From Octopus sinensis (Eukaryota), in the NCBI RefSeq assembly GCF_006345805.1, contig NC_043006.1:28148001-28212000 (forward strand): DNA of 64,000 nt, in the 5' to 3' direction. A program made the position numbers and the translations under genes. Below are positions 24,102-38,300 of this stretch, piece by piece (positions within the stretch are counted from its first letter, which is position 1; each line of letters starts with the position of its first letter). Under the pieces are notes generated by a model, which was not told where the DNA came from, did not search any database, and was given only the letters and a program-made list of their open reading frames with translations.

Positions 24102-27098
24102 CTTTTAAGCAACTGACCCGGAATGGGAAGATCTCCAAACAGATCTCTGACTTATTTTGGAGAATTTGTTGCAATTGCTTCCTCCAGACTCGTATCCCAA
24201 TGATGATCATATTCGTCGCAAAAAAACCCCCCCAAAACCGCCGAAAACAATCGCAGTAATGAAAACATAGGAATCCAAAATTTCAAGATTGCAGGTCCGG
24301 ATTCGGCCCGGAATGTTTTTAATTTACTGACAGAATTGGCCTTTAGATTATAAAAATTGTTATCGCAAAAAGTCACATAAAAAATTGCCGAAAACAATCA
24401 CTGTAATGAAAACTTGGGATTCCAAAATTTCAGGATTGTGGGTCCGGATTCGGCCCGGAATGTTTTTAATTTACTCACGGAGTCAGCCTGATTCCAAAAT
24501 GGTATGATATGTTGGGCTAATATAATAAATGCGAAAACTAATTTCTGCATGAACATTATAATAAAGTATGAATTCTATAAAAATAAGATTAAAACATTTA
24601 TGCTGAGACAGTTTTTCTGACAGTCTTTTCAAGTCTCAATAAAAACAAAAAGTATGAATTGCATCCCTGGTGGTCGGGTAAGATGTTCATCTAATATCTG
24701 AAGATCGTCTGCTATACATTCAACATGCAAATCATGTTTTACATAGAGGTCAGTTAATTTGTTTTCACCAAGAAAATGTTTTTAATGCAACCCACCTTGT
24801 CTTGTAAATCGCCATTTTCTTAAAATTTTACCAAACGTCTACATAACCAAAAAATTGATGCCTTTATCGCGAGTAGAAGTTTAAGGACAATTCTAGTGGA
24901 CTTATTATAACCTCAACATTAATCAGTTCTCTGAAAATTTATTTAAAATCCTTCGATCGGATGTAGGAACACTATTAAATTACAAAACACCTTATCTATA
25001 TACAAACATTCATATATAAGCATATACAAACCTAAACTATACGCTCATATAAAAAAATATATAACTCTTACCTACATACTGATGTACGTTCTTATATAAA
25101 CATAGATAGAATATTAAATATAACATGCTTTAGCTACTGTCTCTTAGTCTTATATATTGCTACCACAGTGACGTTTGCTGTTGGAGTAAAAGCCTCTGTT
25201 ATCAATCACCAAATAGAGATCTCTGCAGAATCCTAGTTTAGAGCTCGCCATGTCTACCCTGGCATTTGATCGAAGCCCAACGTCTGTACTAAGATTATGA
25301 TTTCTCAATTGTATCTATAGTCATTTCGGAATGTGGTTATATAACTATAAATAGTGATCTTGAACGCAAAGGATATGTTTCAGAGTTGGAAAACGTTCTC
25401 TGCGATATCTTTCTTAACAATTTTGCAGATACTTTACAGTATGTCATAATAATAATAATAATAATAATTGTGTACAGTGCTCATGTGCACTACAACTCAT
25501 CTAAAGTGTATATATAATCAGGTGTAGTTTCGACGGATTTCGGGAAGCATGAGGGCCTTAAAGGATGCAGTGTCATGGCAGTCAACAACTGATGCAGGCA
25601 GTTTATTCCACGCTTCAGCAACCCTGAGCGTGAAAAAATGTTTCCGAAAGTCATGGGAGCTGTGCTGTTTTCTGACTTTGTAGGCATGTCCACGTGTGTT
25701 AGACACATGGGGATCAAAAAGGTGTTCAGTGTTGTTGTTGGTGAGGTGGTTGATAACCTTGTGGGTGTTTACCAAGTCCGTCGCCAGACGCCGGAGCTTC
25801 AGTGAATCCATGCCCAGGGAAACAAGGCGCTCGGAATATGGTAGGTGTCTGATGGAGGGTATGCGTTTGGTTGCACGTCTCTGGACAGATTCCAGGAGAT
25901 CAATGTTCTGAGCAAGATAGGGATTCCAAACTGATGATGCGAATTCCAAGTGTGGTCGTACCATAGCTGTATACAGTTTTAAATAGATGGCTGGAGAGCG
26001 GCTAACAAAAGTCTTGCTGAGTGATGCCAAGACACCCTCGGCCTTCTTGACAATTTTAGAGATATGCTTTGTCCAACGCAAATCACTGCTGACAGTGATG
26101 CCTAGGTCACGCTCGCAAGAGGATTTCTTGATATCATATGTTGGTTACGAGTCAGTGGTATATCACAGTACCTTATTAATATAATTACTTTCACTTTGAT
26201 ATACAGATGGCCAAACCAATAGCATGACAGAGTCAATGCTAAGGTATGAACTATCAACCGTCAGTAAGCTATCATCCTAAATTTAGCTAACTCTGTTCTC
26301 TCTCTCTCTGTCTCTCCCCACCCTCTCTCTCGTTACATAGAAAGTTATCATGATTATGGTATAACAAGTTTATTAGATTTTCAGAATATTAGAGCGTTAC
26401 TTGGAAGTTATACTTTTGCCACTATATCAGGAAATATGGTGAGGCTCGATTGACAGCATAGAGGTTAAAGTATTATGGACCCATAGAACTGACACGACAC
26501 TTAGACAGATTACAGAGGTAACACACATAGCAATAGACAGACCGAACCTCAATAGAAAATACGAATGGAACAATAACACCCATCACCACACCACTAAAGA
26601 CAGAAGGGAAGAGAAGAAAGAAAAAAGCAAATAAAATACATACAAACAGGGTAATACACACACAATAGACATATATGCATATACCTGTGATACATATAAG
26701 AAATAGAGATAGATAAATATAAAATAAATAAATATATTTGTCACACACCTGTGATAAATATAAGAAATAGAGCTAGATAAAAAATATAAATAAATCTATA
26801 TGAAGGGCATGGATACAAACAACACAAGAAGCACACACACACACACAATAACTTCAAAGACGGCCGCAACAATATCAACATGACTAACAACGACAGCAGC
26901 AGCGGCGCTGATAACAATGGCAATAACAACAACAACTACCACGATGGCAACACGGTGGACGAACACACACTAAACACAGAGAGATACAGGAACTGTACCT
27001 AATTTTCGGGTCCTAGGACAGCAGCACAACGGGGTGAAAGGATGGGGCTGAGAGGAAGGCCATACTGCTATGAACAATGACACACACAAGCGCGCGCG

Positions 27099-27131
<33 letters not shown>

Positions 27132-30100
27132 CACACACACACACACACACATACACACACACACACAAGCGCATGCGCACACAAGGATACACGTCATAGA
27201 AAAGCAGAATGGAGTAAGTGGAGCAAGAGCACACACGCAAACGAAAAGTGTCGCTGAAGAGGTCACAGATGAGTGACGAAAGATTTTCGGACAATGGACA
27301 CGAGTTAAAATAAGAACAGTAATAAACGAGTGAAAAACAAATATAGGATCTTTTCGGTTTGAACGGCAGTTTTTTCTAGCGGTGTCATATGAAATTGTCA
27401 CCCATAATTATGACCCTAGAATCGATCTATTGTATTTCAATTTCTTTTAGGGTTAGGGGTGGGGGAAGGGTATCTTTTTTTTCTTCACAAATGTAAATAA
27501 ACCCAATCTGTTTCTTAAACGAGGGACATATTCATACGGCACAGATTGCTTTTTAACTCAATAGACGTCAGTGATTGGTTGAAATTGCAGAAATTGAAGA
27601 AAAAAACAACAACAAATATCTTACAAACTGTAGAATTTTCTCAATAAAGGCAAGAGAAAAAGATGTTTTATAAACACATTCTACCAGTATACGAAGTTTG
27701 AAATTTTTTAATTACCTAGAAATTATGTTAAAAACTGCCGTTCAAACCGAAAAGATCCCAAATATATAGTGCATGTGTTTATTTGGCAACAACAACAAAA
27801 AAATGACATCCCGAAATACAACAATACAATAATTAGAATTTTACTTTGACCAAATTTCTTGGTACTTATACAAAAATGATGAAATGAATACAAATTTTCA
27901 AAACAAAAAATATTTATTGCCTTATATTAAAATTAAATAAAACAATATTCTCATTTGCATATTTGCAATAAATATATCTTTAAAATGTGTATTTTTCGTG
28001 AAGTTGTCATTGACAGCTATCAAACCTCCTGTGTACACTTATCCTACACCTCTTATGTTTGTTACCTCTACGTCATTTTTACTCTCTCTTCCTCTATGTT
28101 TAGACACTATAAAGCGCGACTGAAGAAACCAACCAACCAACATTTATATCGGCTACTTTTATATAGATATTTAGGTGGTTGGCTGGCAGAATCGCTGGCG
28201 CGTCGGACAAAATGCTTAGCGGCATTTCTTCTGACACTTAACGTTCTCAGTTTAAATGTCGCCGAGGCTCACTTTGCCTTTCATCCTTTCGTAGTAATTT
28301 CCAGTCAAGTACTGGGGTCGATGCAGCTGACTACCTCCTGTATCCCGAAAATTCCAGGCCCTGTGCCTATCGTAGAAAGAATAATTATATAGAGATGTTT
28401 GCAGTTAATCTCAGTAACAATATTAAAGTCAATATTTTCACTAGCTTAAGGCGGCGAGCTGGCAGAAACGCTAGCACGCCGGGCGAAATGCTTAGCGGTA
28501 TTTCGTCTGCCGTTACACTCTGAGTTCAAATTCCGCTAAGGTCGACTTTGCCTTTCATCCTTTCGGGGTCGATTAAATAAGTACCAGTTACGCACTGGGG
28601 TCGATATAATCGACTTAATCCGTTTGTCTGTCCTTGTTTGTCCTCTCTGTGTTTAGCCCCTTGTGGGTAATAAAGAAATAGGTATTTCGTCTGTCTTTAC
28701 ATTCTGAGTTCAAATTCCGCCAAGGTCGACTTTGCCTTTCATCCTTTCGGGGTCGATAAATTAAGTACCATTTACGCACTGGGGTCGATATAATCGACTT
28801 AATTCGTTTGTCTGTCCTTGTTTGTCCTCTCTTTGTTTAGCCCCCTGTGGGTAGTAAAGAAATAAGTATTTGGTCTGTCTTTGCGTTTTGAGTTCTAATT
28901 CCATCGAGGTCGACTTTGCCTTTCATCCTTTCGGGGTCGATTAAATAAGTACCAGTTGCGTACTAGAGTCAATCTAATCGACTGCCCCCCCTCCTAAAAA
29001 TTTCGGGTCTTGTGCCTAGAGTAGAAAAGAATATTTCAACTAGCCTGTGCTGAGGATTTCGTCAAAAATCTTGATCCGTTAAACTCTCGAAATTACGATA
29101 GAAGTTATTGCCAACATTTTTAGTTGCTTATCCTCTTAGTACTACAAAGAAAATATTTACAATAAAGGATAAGGAAGTGTTTTATACGATAATATACTCG
29201 TTCTTTTTGAGGTTTATAACAATAAGTTAATAATAAGAGGAAACCGTTAATGGTTTTTAGCCCGATAGCGGTAAATTTCATTAACGTAATAGTTTAGTGT
29301 GCTTAATTTCAGATTTTAAAAGATGTATCATATTATACTGATTCTTTTTTTTACTGGTTTCAGTCATTGTATTGTGGCTATGATGGGGCACTATAATCTT
29401 CAAAGCCTTTTTTAAAAGACCATCTTATTTCAGTCTGGTGCTTATCGATCTTTAATTGTCGAACCGCTATGTTATACTGCATATACAACATCAACACACA
29501 CACACACACACACGCACACACACACGTACATACACGGCGCGCGCACAGAGATCGCTTTGCAACTATCTTTGTTTTTCGTCTCCAAAATTCCAGTCAGAAG
29601 ATATTGACCAATCTGGGATTATAGCAGGTGGCACTTGCCTAAAGTACTACGCTGTGGATTGAACTCGAAACCACGTGGCTTCAAACGAACTTCTTAGCTG
29701 CAAAACAGTGTGTTCACCCATGTTGGTACTTATTTTGCAATGCAGCAAGCTATTCCTTCCTGCTCCCTACTATTTAACCTCTTCACTCCTACCAGTCATT
29801 ACTTGACCATCTTCAGAGGGAGGACTTTGAAAATCAAATTTTGGCTTCAACTAAACTTAGTAACCTCCACAAAATTCCTTCGATGTGTTATAATGCTTAA
29901 TGTTATTGTAAGCAATACCCTCCCTGTTTTAAAAGCGATACTCTCAATGTATTATATGCAATACTCTCTGCGTATTATATGCGAAGGATACTTTCATCGG
30001 GACTTGCAGTGTTTGTAGTTTCTGGCTATATTTGCTATTTTTGTTTGTTGTTTGCGTGCGCATCACTTTTTACATAAGTGTCCTTGTAGATACACAATTG

Positions 30101-31119
30101 TGTATCATAGAGTCTCCAATGGAATGTCACACAAATTTTCACCGTGCTGCTAATAGATTGGATTTCGAGGATGCGCGTCATTTTCTTTTGCTCTTTCTTA
30201 GAGAAACCTAGTACGTACGTATGTATGTATGTATGTATGTATGTATGTATGTATGTATGTATGTATGTATGTATGTATGTATGTATGTATGTATGTATGT
30301 ATGTATACGTATGTATGTATGTATACGTATGTATGTATGTATACGTATGTATGTATGTATGTATGTATGTATGTATACGTATGTATGTATGTATGTATTA
30401 TGTATTGTTCATTGTAAGCTTTTCGCTGGTAAATTATATAATGGTAAGTATGTCGCCAGTAACTTCATCACCTCATAATTTCATCACAAGATGATAAAAT
30501 TGGTTTCAAATTTTGGCACAAGGTCACAAATTGTGTGTGTGTGTGGGGGGTCTCGATTACATCAACCCCAGTGCTCAAATGGTAATTACTTTATCGACCC
30601 CGAAAGGATAAAAGGCAAGTCGACCCTGGCGGCATTTGAACTCAGTTGTAAAGAACGAATTTGTACGTAGTCTGTTTCTGAGAGCTGTTCTACTGGACCT
30701 CTGTCTAATCATTAAAATATTGATTTAATGATCCAACATCAAGTGCTGCAACATGCATTTGCTGATCTTGGGAAAGTCTCATCTCCCTTCTCTCTTCAGA
30801 CTCCATCTGACGTGCTGCAGCATGCTTTTGCTGATCTAGAGAAAATCTTATCTCGGTTCTCTCTTCAGACTCCCGCCTTCGGTTTTCTACAATCCTCCTT
30901 GCTGAAACCTGGTTGTTGTAGAGCAGTGTCTTTCAAATAACTATGGCTGGTTGTTGAGATAACGTAGACTATATGTAAATGAAAATGTAGTTTAGTTAGT
31001 AGACAAAAAAATTGCTGAATACTGTGATACCCCATACATCAACACGAGCAACCCAGTTTTGGAACGCATAAGGAACATACGCGTGCACACACGCACGCTC
31101 GCTCGCACGCACGCACACA

Positions 31120-31159
<40 letters not shown>

Positions 31160-31166
31160 GCGCGGT

Positions 31167-31200
<34 letters not shown>

Positions 31201-32325
31201 ACACGCACACGCTTTCTCTTGTTTTCTGTCTCCGTTTCTTTCTGTTGTCTCTGTCTTGTTCTCATTTTGTTTTTCTCCCGCTGATTCCGTAAAAGATTAT
31301 TTGAAGAGAAAGAGAAAAGGACAGACAGAAAGAAAGTGAAAGATGTATGTACGTGTATATGAAATGGACGTGCGTGCGCATTTGTGTGAGTGAGAAAAAT
31401 AGAGAGACAGAAAGAAAGAGAGAGAGATAGAGTGAGTGAAGGTGTGTGTCGTGATGATTAATGTCTCTTAAGGTACACACACACATAGAAAATGTGACGT
31501 CATCGTCGTCGTCGTATAAAATGTTTACTATAGTTGATTTACGGAAAAGATCATAATGTTAAATTTTTGAAATGCAAATATGCGAATGGAAATTAAGTTA
31601 GTTTGTAGCCGAAATAGTACTGAATTTTTTATACACCATACGTCAAAATCGATAACTCGGTTTTCGAATGCATAAGGAATATATATATATATATATATAT
31701 AATATTATTAGAGATTTATTCCCTAATATTTATTATTATATATATATATATATATATATAGGACAGACTTCTTTCAAACGTATTATCTCACATTACAATA
31801 GAGATGTAATACTGAAGTAGTGTAAGAGATAAAAGATTGCTCAGGGCTCGCATTAGGTAAGAAGCTGGAAAGTTTTTTGACCCATGAAACTCATGGACCA
31901 TAAGTAAGGCATATGTAAAATTTGAATGAAATCGTTTGTGTAGTTCTCGAGTTTTAAGGATTCACACAGACAGACACACATTCTCATCTTCATATATATA
32001 TAACAATAATTAAGGGCTTAGCAACAAGTTGCTTAACCACATACCGAAAATTTTAGAAATAGCAGCCAAAATATTGCTATTTCTTTATTACAAAATATGT
32101 CTCTTGTTAAAAAGAAATAGCAATCTTTTGGCTGCTATTTCTAAAAATTTTCGGTATGTGGTTAAGCAACTTGTTGCTAAACCCTTAATTATTGTTATAA
32201 TTATATATAAAAAAAATTTTTTGTATAAGTTTTAACGGAATATGGTTCTTTTCCATACCGAAAACTACTTGGTAAAATATGTTAATTTTATTAAATTAAT
32301 AATTTTTTACCCTATATCTGTAATG

Positions 32326-32389
<64 letters not shown>

Positions 32390-35300
32390 GTAGCGGGCTA
32401 GATGTGATGTGCCATATCAGTTTGATATGATGTAGCCCACTACTGAATGTAGTGTGTAGATGTAATGCTTGAAGGTTCTCACATTGGAGTACCAGTAAAC
32501 ATCGAAGAATCAACACCAAGAAGGAAGAAATATTATTTACATATGTGACAACAAGGATGGCTTGCTGGTTAGTAGTTGATAGTGTAAAAAAAGGTTGTTG
32601 GTCAGTAGAGAGTGAAAGAGTAAGGAAGGCATGGTGCTGACTAGAAAGGATAAATGTGGCATAGCCTTTCATGTGGTCGAAAGCCTCTCTTAGCGAAGGG
32701 AAGTGCTGCTCTTCATTGAGGCTGACACAAAACCAGGTGTTGCTCCTTGGTTTGGCAACACGAAAGAGGAAGAATTAGGAAATTCTCTCTGTTATATAGA
32801 CTATGGTCAGTAATTGAGTTGAAACCTTAAACAAAGGACTAACCTTTCTTTGACCAGCACAGTTCCTAGTGGGGTCGAGTATTTCCTCATCACTCATCTG
32901 GTGCAGAGAGGATTTCCTGCTCGTTTTGACAAGGAACAAGCAGGTGGATTTGGTTTCAAATCGCAGGCAGGGTCAGTATAAGGAGTGTGTTGTGATACAT
33001 AAATAATATTTCAAGGAATTTAATATAAAAACCTAACAAACAGAAAATTTAACAAAAACAAATGGAAAATTTGACAAAACCATAGCACACAGAAAATTCA
33101 TAGCTAATTCCTCATCAGTCAACATCCAAGAGATCATAACAGTTTCGCACCGTTATATATATATACTTAGTTATGTACAAATATCATTGAAGCAGATACC
33201 AACTAACTTTAAAATGTCTCATAAGTAAAATGAAGGTGAAAGAGGCGACACAAGGTGCTGGTTAGTTCCTTGTAATATTATTTCAGTGTTTGGTATTTGA
33301 TCAGAACTGGCTTTTTTCTCAAGTTTGAGCTGATATATTATTGCCCTCAAGTCTCTCTGGTCTGTAGCTAGCATTGTATTACCTGATTCCCATGTTTCCA
33401 GGTTGATTATCAGATTTTGATACATGGTTCTTGTCTACAAAGGCCTTGGCTGCAAAACATAAGCTTTTATCTTCTTGCTATTGTGTGTACTGTTGTGTTA
33501 CTGTTGTAATGGGGATTCAAGCCCTAACCGCTAGATATTTTGTTGGGCACCACAAGTCGCCCCTACAGGTTCACGTGATTGATCTATAAATTGACCAATC
33601 AGCATGAAGCTATGGCATGATGTGGTTTTCTTGAATCGTTCACCTTATAAAAACCGCTTTTGCACTCTACTCATGCAAAGTGCTGATGGCGACTGACTGA
33701 TTCACACACCTCACTCTTGCCAGGCGGCTTGGGACATTTGCCCAGACAACTCCAGGTTCTCAGACAAACCCATTCTAAACATTCACACAGTGTCTCATAA
33801 GTAACTTCTATGGATGTGGTATGGTTTTCTCTCTATCCCATTCAGCAATTATTAATATTGTTCATATCCCAAATATCATTATGTCTGTCAATAAATACCA
33901 AGTTAAATGTTAGTGAGTTTGCTTCAGTTATTTACGCAGCCAACAAAATATATCATCATTGACTAGCTCAACATAAGCAACAAGTAAACAATATGTGGCA
34001 CTGTACTTAGAGATAGGCAGGCAGGCAGGCAGTGAGATAGAAAAAAGGTACAGTGATAGGTATGTACAGAGGTAGATAAGAAGGTAGGAAGATAGGTCGA
34101 TAGGTAGACAGATATGTAGATAGAAAGAAAAGTAAGTTGATGGATACATAGACAGTTAGATTGATAGACTCGCAAGTATAATAATCTCTCGGTTAAGTAC
34201 GTGCAAAATCACAAAAATCTCAGGTTCAAGTTTATCAACGATTTATTCCACAGCAACATTGATGAACATCTAAATCTCTTATTATAAAAGGCAGATTTTA
34301 TCTGCCTCCCTTTGGGAGTTATACAAATCTACAATATAGGATTTCTTCAATTACAATTTACCTTGCATTTTTAAGAGTACAATGCATCGCGTCATGCCAG
34401 GTCCAGTTTTTAAAATTTAAACTCCAGTTAAGCAAAATTTACAGAAAACTCACATTCTGGTGTGTGTGTCAAATGCTTTTCTTAGTCTGGTTTACACCAC
34501 ACGCAAACGCACACACACAGTGGGCAACGAATAAAATGAAAGTAATTGACTTACTGTAGTGAGTGATTCTTTCACTCTGCCTCCCACTTCCTCTTTCCAC
34601 ACAGACACGCAAATATATAAATAAAATTGTAAGCTAACGTGCGTGTGTGTGAGTGGGTGTGTGTGGGTGTGCGCGCGCGTGTGTGTGTGTGTGTGAGGGT
34701 GCGTGTGTGTGTGTGTGTGTGTGCGTGTGCGTGAGTGTGTGACAGGAAAGTTTTTTTACAACGAATATAACACCTATATCCAAGTAGCAGAAAGATAAGA
34801 CAGTAAGGTGTGATTTGAGGGAGATTTGGCTGCTATTTCTACCATGTCTAGCTGCCATGTAGGGGTCTCCCTCATAGGCTCATACATACATATATACATA
34901 GATAAGACAGTAAGGTGTGATTTGGGGGAAATTTGGCTGCTATTTCTACCAGGTCTAGCTGCCATGTAGGGGTCTCCCTCATAGGCTCATACATACATAT
35001 ATACATAGATAAGACAGTAAGGTGTGATTTGGGGGAAATTTGGCTGCTATTTCTACCAGGTCTAGCTACCATGTAGAGGTCCCCCTCATTGGCTCATATA
35101 TATATACATACATAAGACAGTAAGGTGTGATTTGAGGGAGATTTGGCTGCTGTTTCTACCAGGTCTGTTAGGCCTTCTCATGTAAACTCAAGCTTTCTCA
35201 TGCCTTCAACATATGACCAAAGCAGAGAATGTATTCTTTTATTCTTCTGCTGTTTCCAGCCATTGGTCTGTGGCCATGCTGGGGCAATGCCTTGAAGAAT

Positions 35301-38300
35301 TGTAGTTTAATGAATCAACTCCAGTTTTATTTTTGTAAGCATTGTACTTATTCTATCTGTTTCCTTTGTCAAACCACTAGGTGACAGGGATGTAAACAAA
35401 CCAACATTCGTTGTCAAGCAGTGGTGGAGGACAATCACAAGCACAGACACGCACACACACACACATACATGCATACACATATACACACATACATACATAT
35501 ATATATATGTGTGTATATATATATTGCAGCGTGGAAGGTGTTTGTAAGCCATTTAAGAAACACACAAAAACCGTTACATTCACTTCAACATTTAAATTTA
35601 ATTTGCCAAAATATTTTCGTCGCTTTCAGACCGCGACCTGTTCACTGACAAAAATATCGTGCTAACAGGTCGCGGTCTCAAAGCGACGAAAATATTTTCC
35701 CAAATTAAATTTAAATGTTGAAGTGAATCTAACGGTTTTTGTGTGTTTCTTAAATGGCTTATAAACACCTTCAACGCTGCAACTGTTTTCGTTCCAGCAC
35801 ACGATCTCAGATCAAGTCACTTGCTATGCAAGTACATCTCTGTAACTATATATATATTTATATATATATATATATATGTATATTGGTAAAAACAGTAAGA
35901 TAACAAAAGAAAGAAGAGACCTCAATATTATGTAAATAGAGGAAATCTTTATATATAAAAGTGAGGTTGTGTGTCTGTCTCCTACGATTTAGATTCCTAA
36001 CTACTCCCACATTTTGCGGTGCAGTTTAACCAAAACCGGGTATCTTATAGTCGTGATTCATATCGAGACCGTCTGGGTATTAGCGTGCGTCTACGATGAG
36101 TCTACGATTTAAAAAAAAATTTACCATAAATTTTTCCCATTTTTAATCCATTTTTGACATATATAAGGGAAGTAACTCTCTAAAATTTATTATTAAATCT
36201 CAGAACGTAAAAAGCTACAGTAACACCCCTCCCCCTTTGTGGTTAGCCATATTGAGATGGCTATTATACTTTACATCTCTAAAAATGCTTATATAATTAT
36301 TTCCCTTACAAACCCGAGCAACGCCGGGCGATACTGCTAGTAGGTAATAAATGGTTCAAAATATACTAGCACTATGACCCGGCAACGCCGGGTCATAGTG
36401 CTAGTGCATGCATATACAGTTGCGTGCGTGCGCACATACACGTGAGTACTGTCCAAATCTCTGACCAATCACATACAGCTAGCTGGCATTCAATTGGCGT
36501 AACAAGTTTCGGGCATTTTGATTGGGTTTTGGATAGAAAATTCACAAAAATGTCACTTTTATTGATTTTTTAATGGCTTTGCAGGGTGACTGGGGAAATG
36601 TAAAGATGTGCACGACCACCTTTGGACGGTTTTGAATGACCATAGAAAGTGCGAGCTCTCTAATTGAAAAATTGTGGATTTGTATACAGGACACACACAG
36701 ACATTTTGCCATTTATATATATAGAGATGATATCTTGTGAAGTTTATTGTTTAAACATATCATGCAAAATCATCTGACTCAAATTTTGTGTTTTTTTTGT
36801 GATTCACTTCCAATATTACTCATCTTAGCTTCCTCTGAAAGCAATTGTAGTAGTTTTTCAGGTTATTGTAGCTATCCCCTGATATAGCTTGCACATCTGC
36901 ACATAGAAATCGATCTTCAATGTTGAGCACGGTGTTGCACAGTTTGTTGAAGCCGTTTAAACTGACATTCTCGATTGGCGTAATAGTTGCTATGGTCACT
37001 CTCGTCATCAGCATCCTCAGTTACTTCTTCAGTTCGCAATTCTGTTATCAACCCCTCAACATCCTCCAAAATCACATGTGCATCCTTCTCTTTGTTTTCA
37101 TCATCGACATGCATTATATATATTCCTCTAATTTGTCCTTGTTCATTGCAATATTCAAAGAAGCAAAACTAAGTAAAATTTCGAGTATCCAGTTGATTTC
37201 TTCATTTGAGCTACCATCTAACTTTAATAATTCAGTCTTTTTGAATGAGTTCTTGATTGATGTGGCTGATATTGTATCCCATGCACACTTCACATAGTGA
37301 GTGGCACCAAGCAGATGAGCAGTATTGCTGTAAAACTACACCTGCCACCCAACTGCATAGCCTTTTTGCTTGCTCTTTCTTGTGGATCTTAGAGTCTTCA
37401 TCAAGCTTGTAAAACTCAAGAATGTCCTTGAGATCAGTGGCAGCTCATAGATAAAATTAGTGGGGGTTACTGTTTCAGAAAATTTCTAGCGGTTGTTTTA
37501 ATATTGTGTAAAAGGAAACAAACATATAAAAAGAAAATTTATACATTAACTTAATTTATACTTTAGCCACTGCCAGGTAGGGTGTTTAGTTTATTCACTG
37601 AACATTGCCATAAATTCCCCCTTGTTTTTCAAAAATCCCCCCTAAATCACAAAATAAGGCAAGGAATGTGCCCTATTTTTCAAATCCTGGCAGCAACACT
37701 AAAGCTGGAAGCAAGATAATAATCTAATTCTACACTTCATCATATTCAAGAATATAAACACGTTTTTAAGCACAAATTATGTGAAGTCAAAAAGAAACAC
37801 TACCTTTCACCTGGCACTGTCATTCACGCAGTGCTCTCTCTCCCTAGTGAGAAGCTTCCTATCTCAGACATGTGAGCATGCACTCAACAGCCATACACCA
37901 CATTGCTGGAATTGTGAAGTGCACAGTTCTATACAAGGATTTTTGTATTTTTTTCATAAACTAGGGGATGGCTACTGACATTAAGCTTAAGGATTATATA
38001 ATGTACAAGTATAAAGAAAGAATTAAAGAAAAAAAGGACTCATTATATTGAATGTTATTGATAATACTTTCTATTATAGGTACAAGGCTTGAATTTTATT
38101 GATAATATCGAGTGGAAATAGTGGGTGCTGCAGTTCCACAGTTCCTATACATGAGCTGCCACTGCTTGAGATACAAATACTTGTACCACTTTTTTGTGCT
38201 GCAATCATCCCCATGTCACATAGCTGTTTCCAGCTAGTGCAATTAAGGGAGAAAAATACAACTTTGATGTTATCCCATTCAAAAGTTTCAAAATGGGCTG

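Noticed and set aside
28448-29033. Regular ~184-bp units as a CRISPR-like array or tRNA gene cluster
   Set aside because: Units are SINE bodies with no unique spacers; A/B boxes are present but there is no cloverleaf. Eukaryotic context.
31760-31998. Helitron 5' end on minus strand
   Set aside because: The start resembles other Helitrons but I found no hairpin-CTAG 3' end.
33075-33130. CTGATGAG motif on minus strand as a fourth hammerhead
   Set aside because: No GAA after a plausible stem II and no stem I partner; at best a decayed remnant.
37435-37572. CAGTGGC...GCCACTG as a hAT-type MITE
   Set aside because: Only 7-bp inverted ends, no 8-bp TSD and no second copy in the window.
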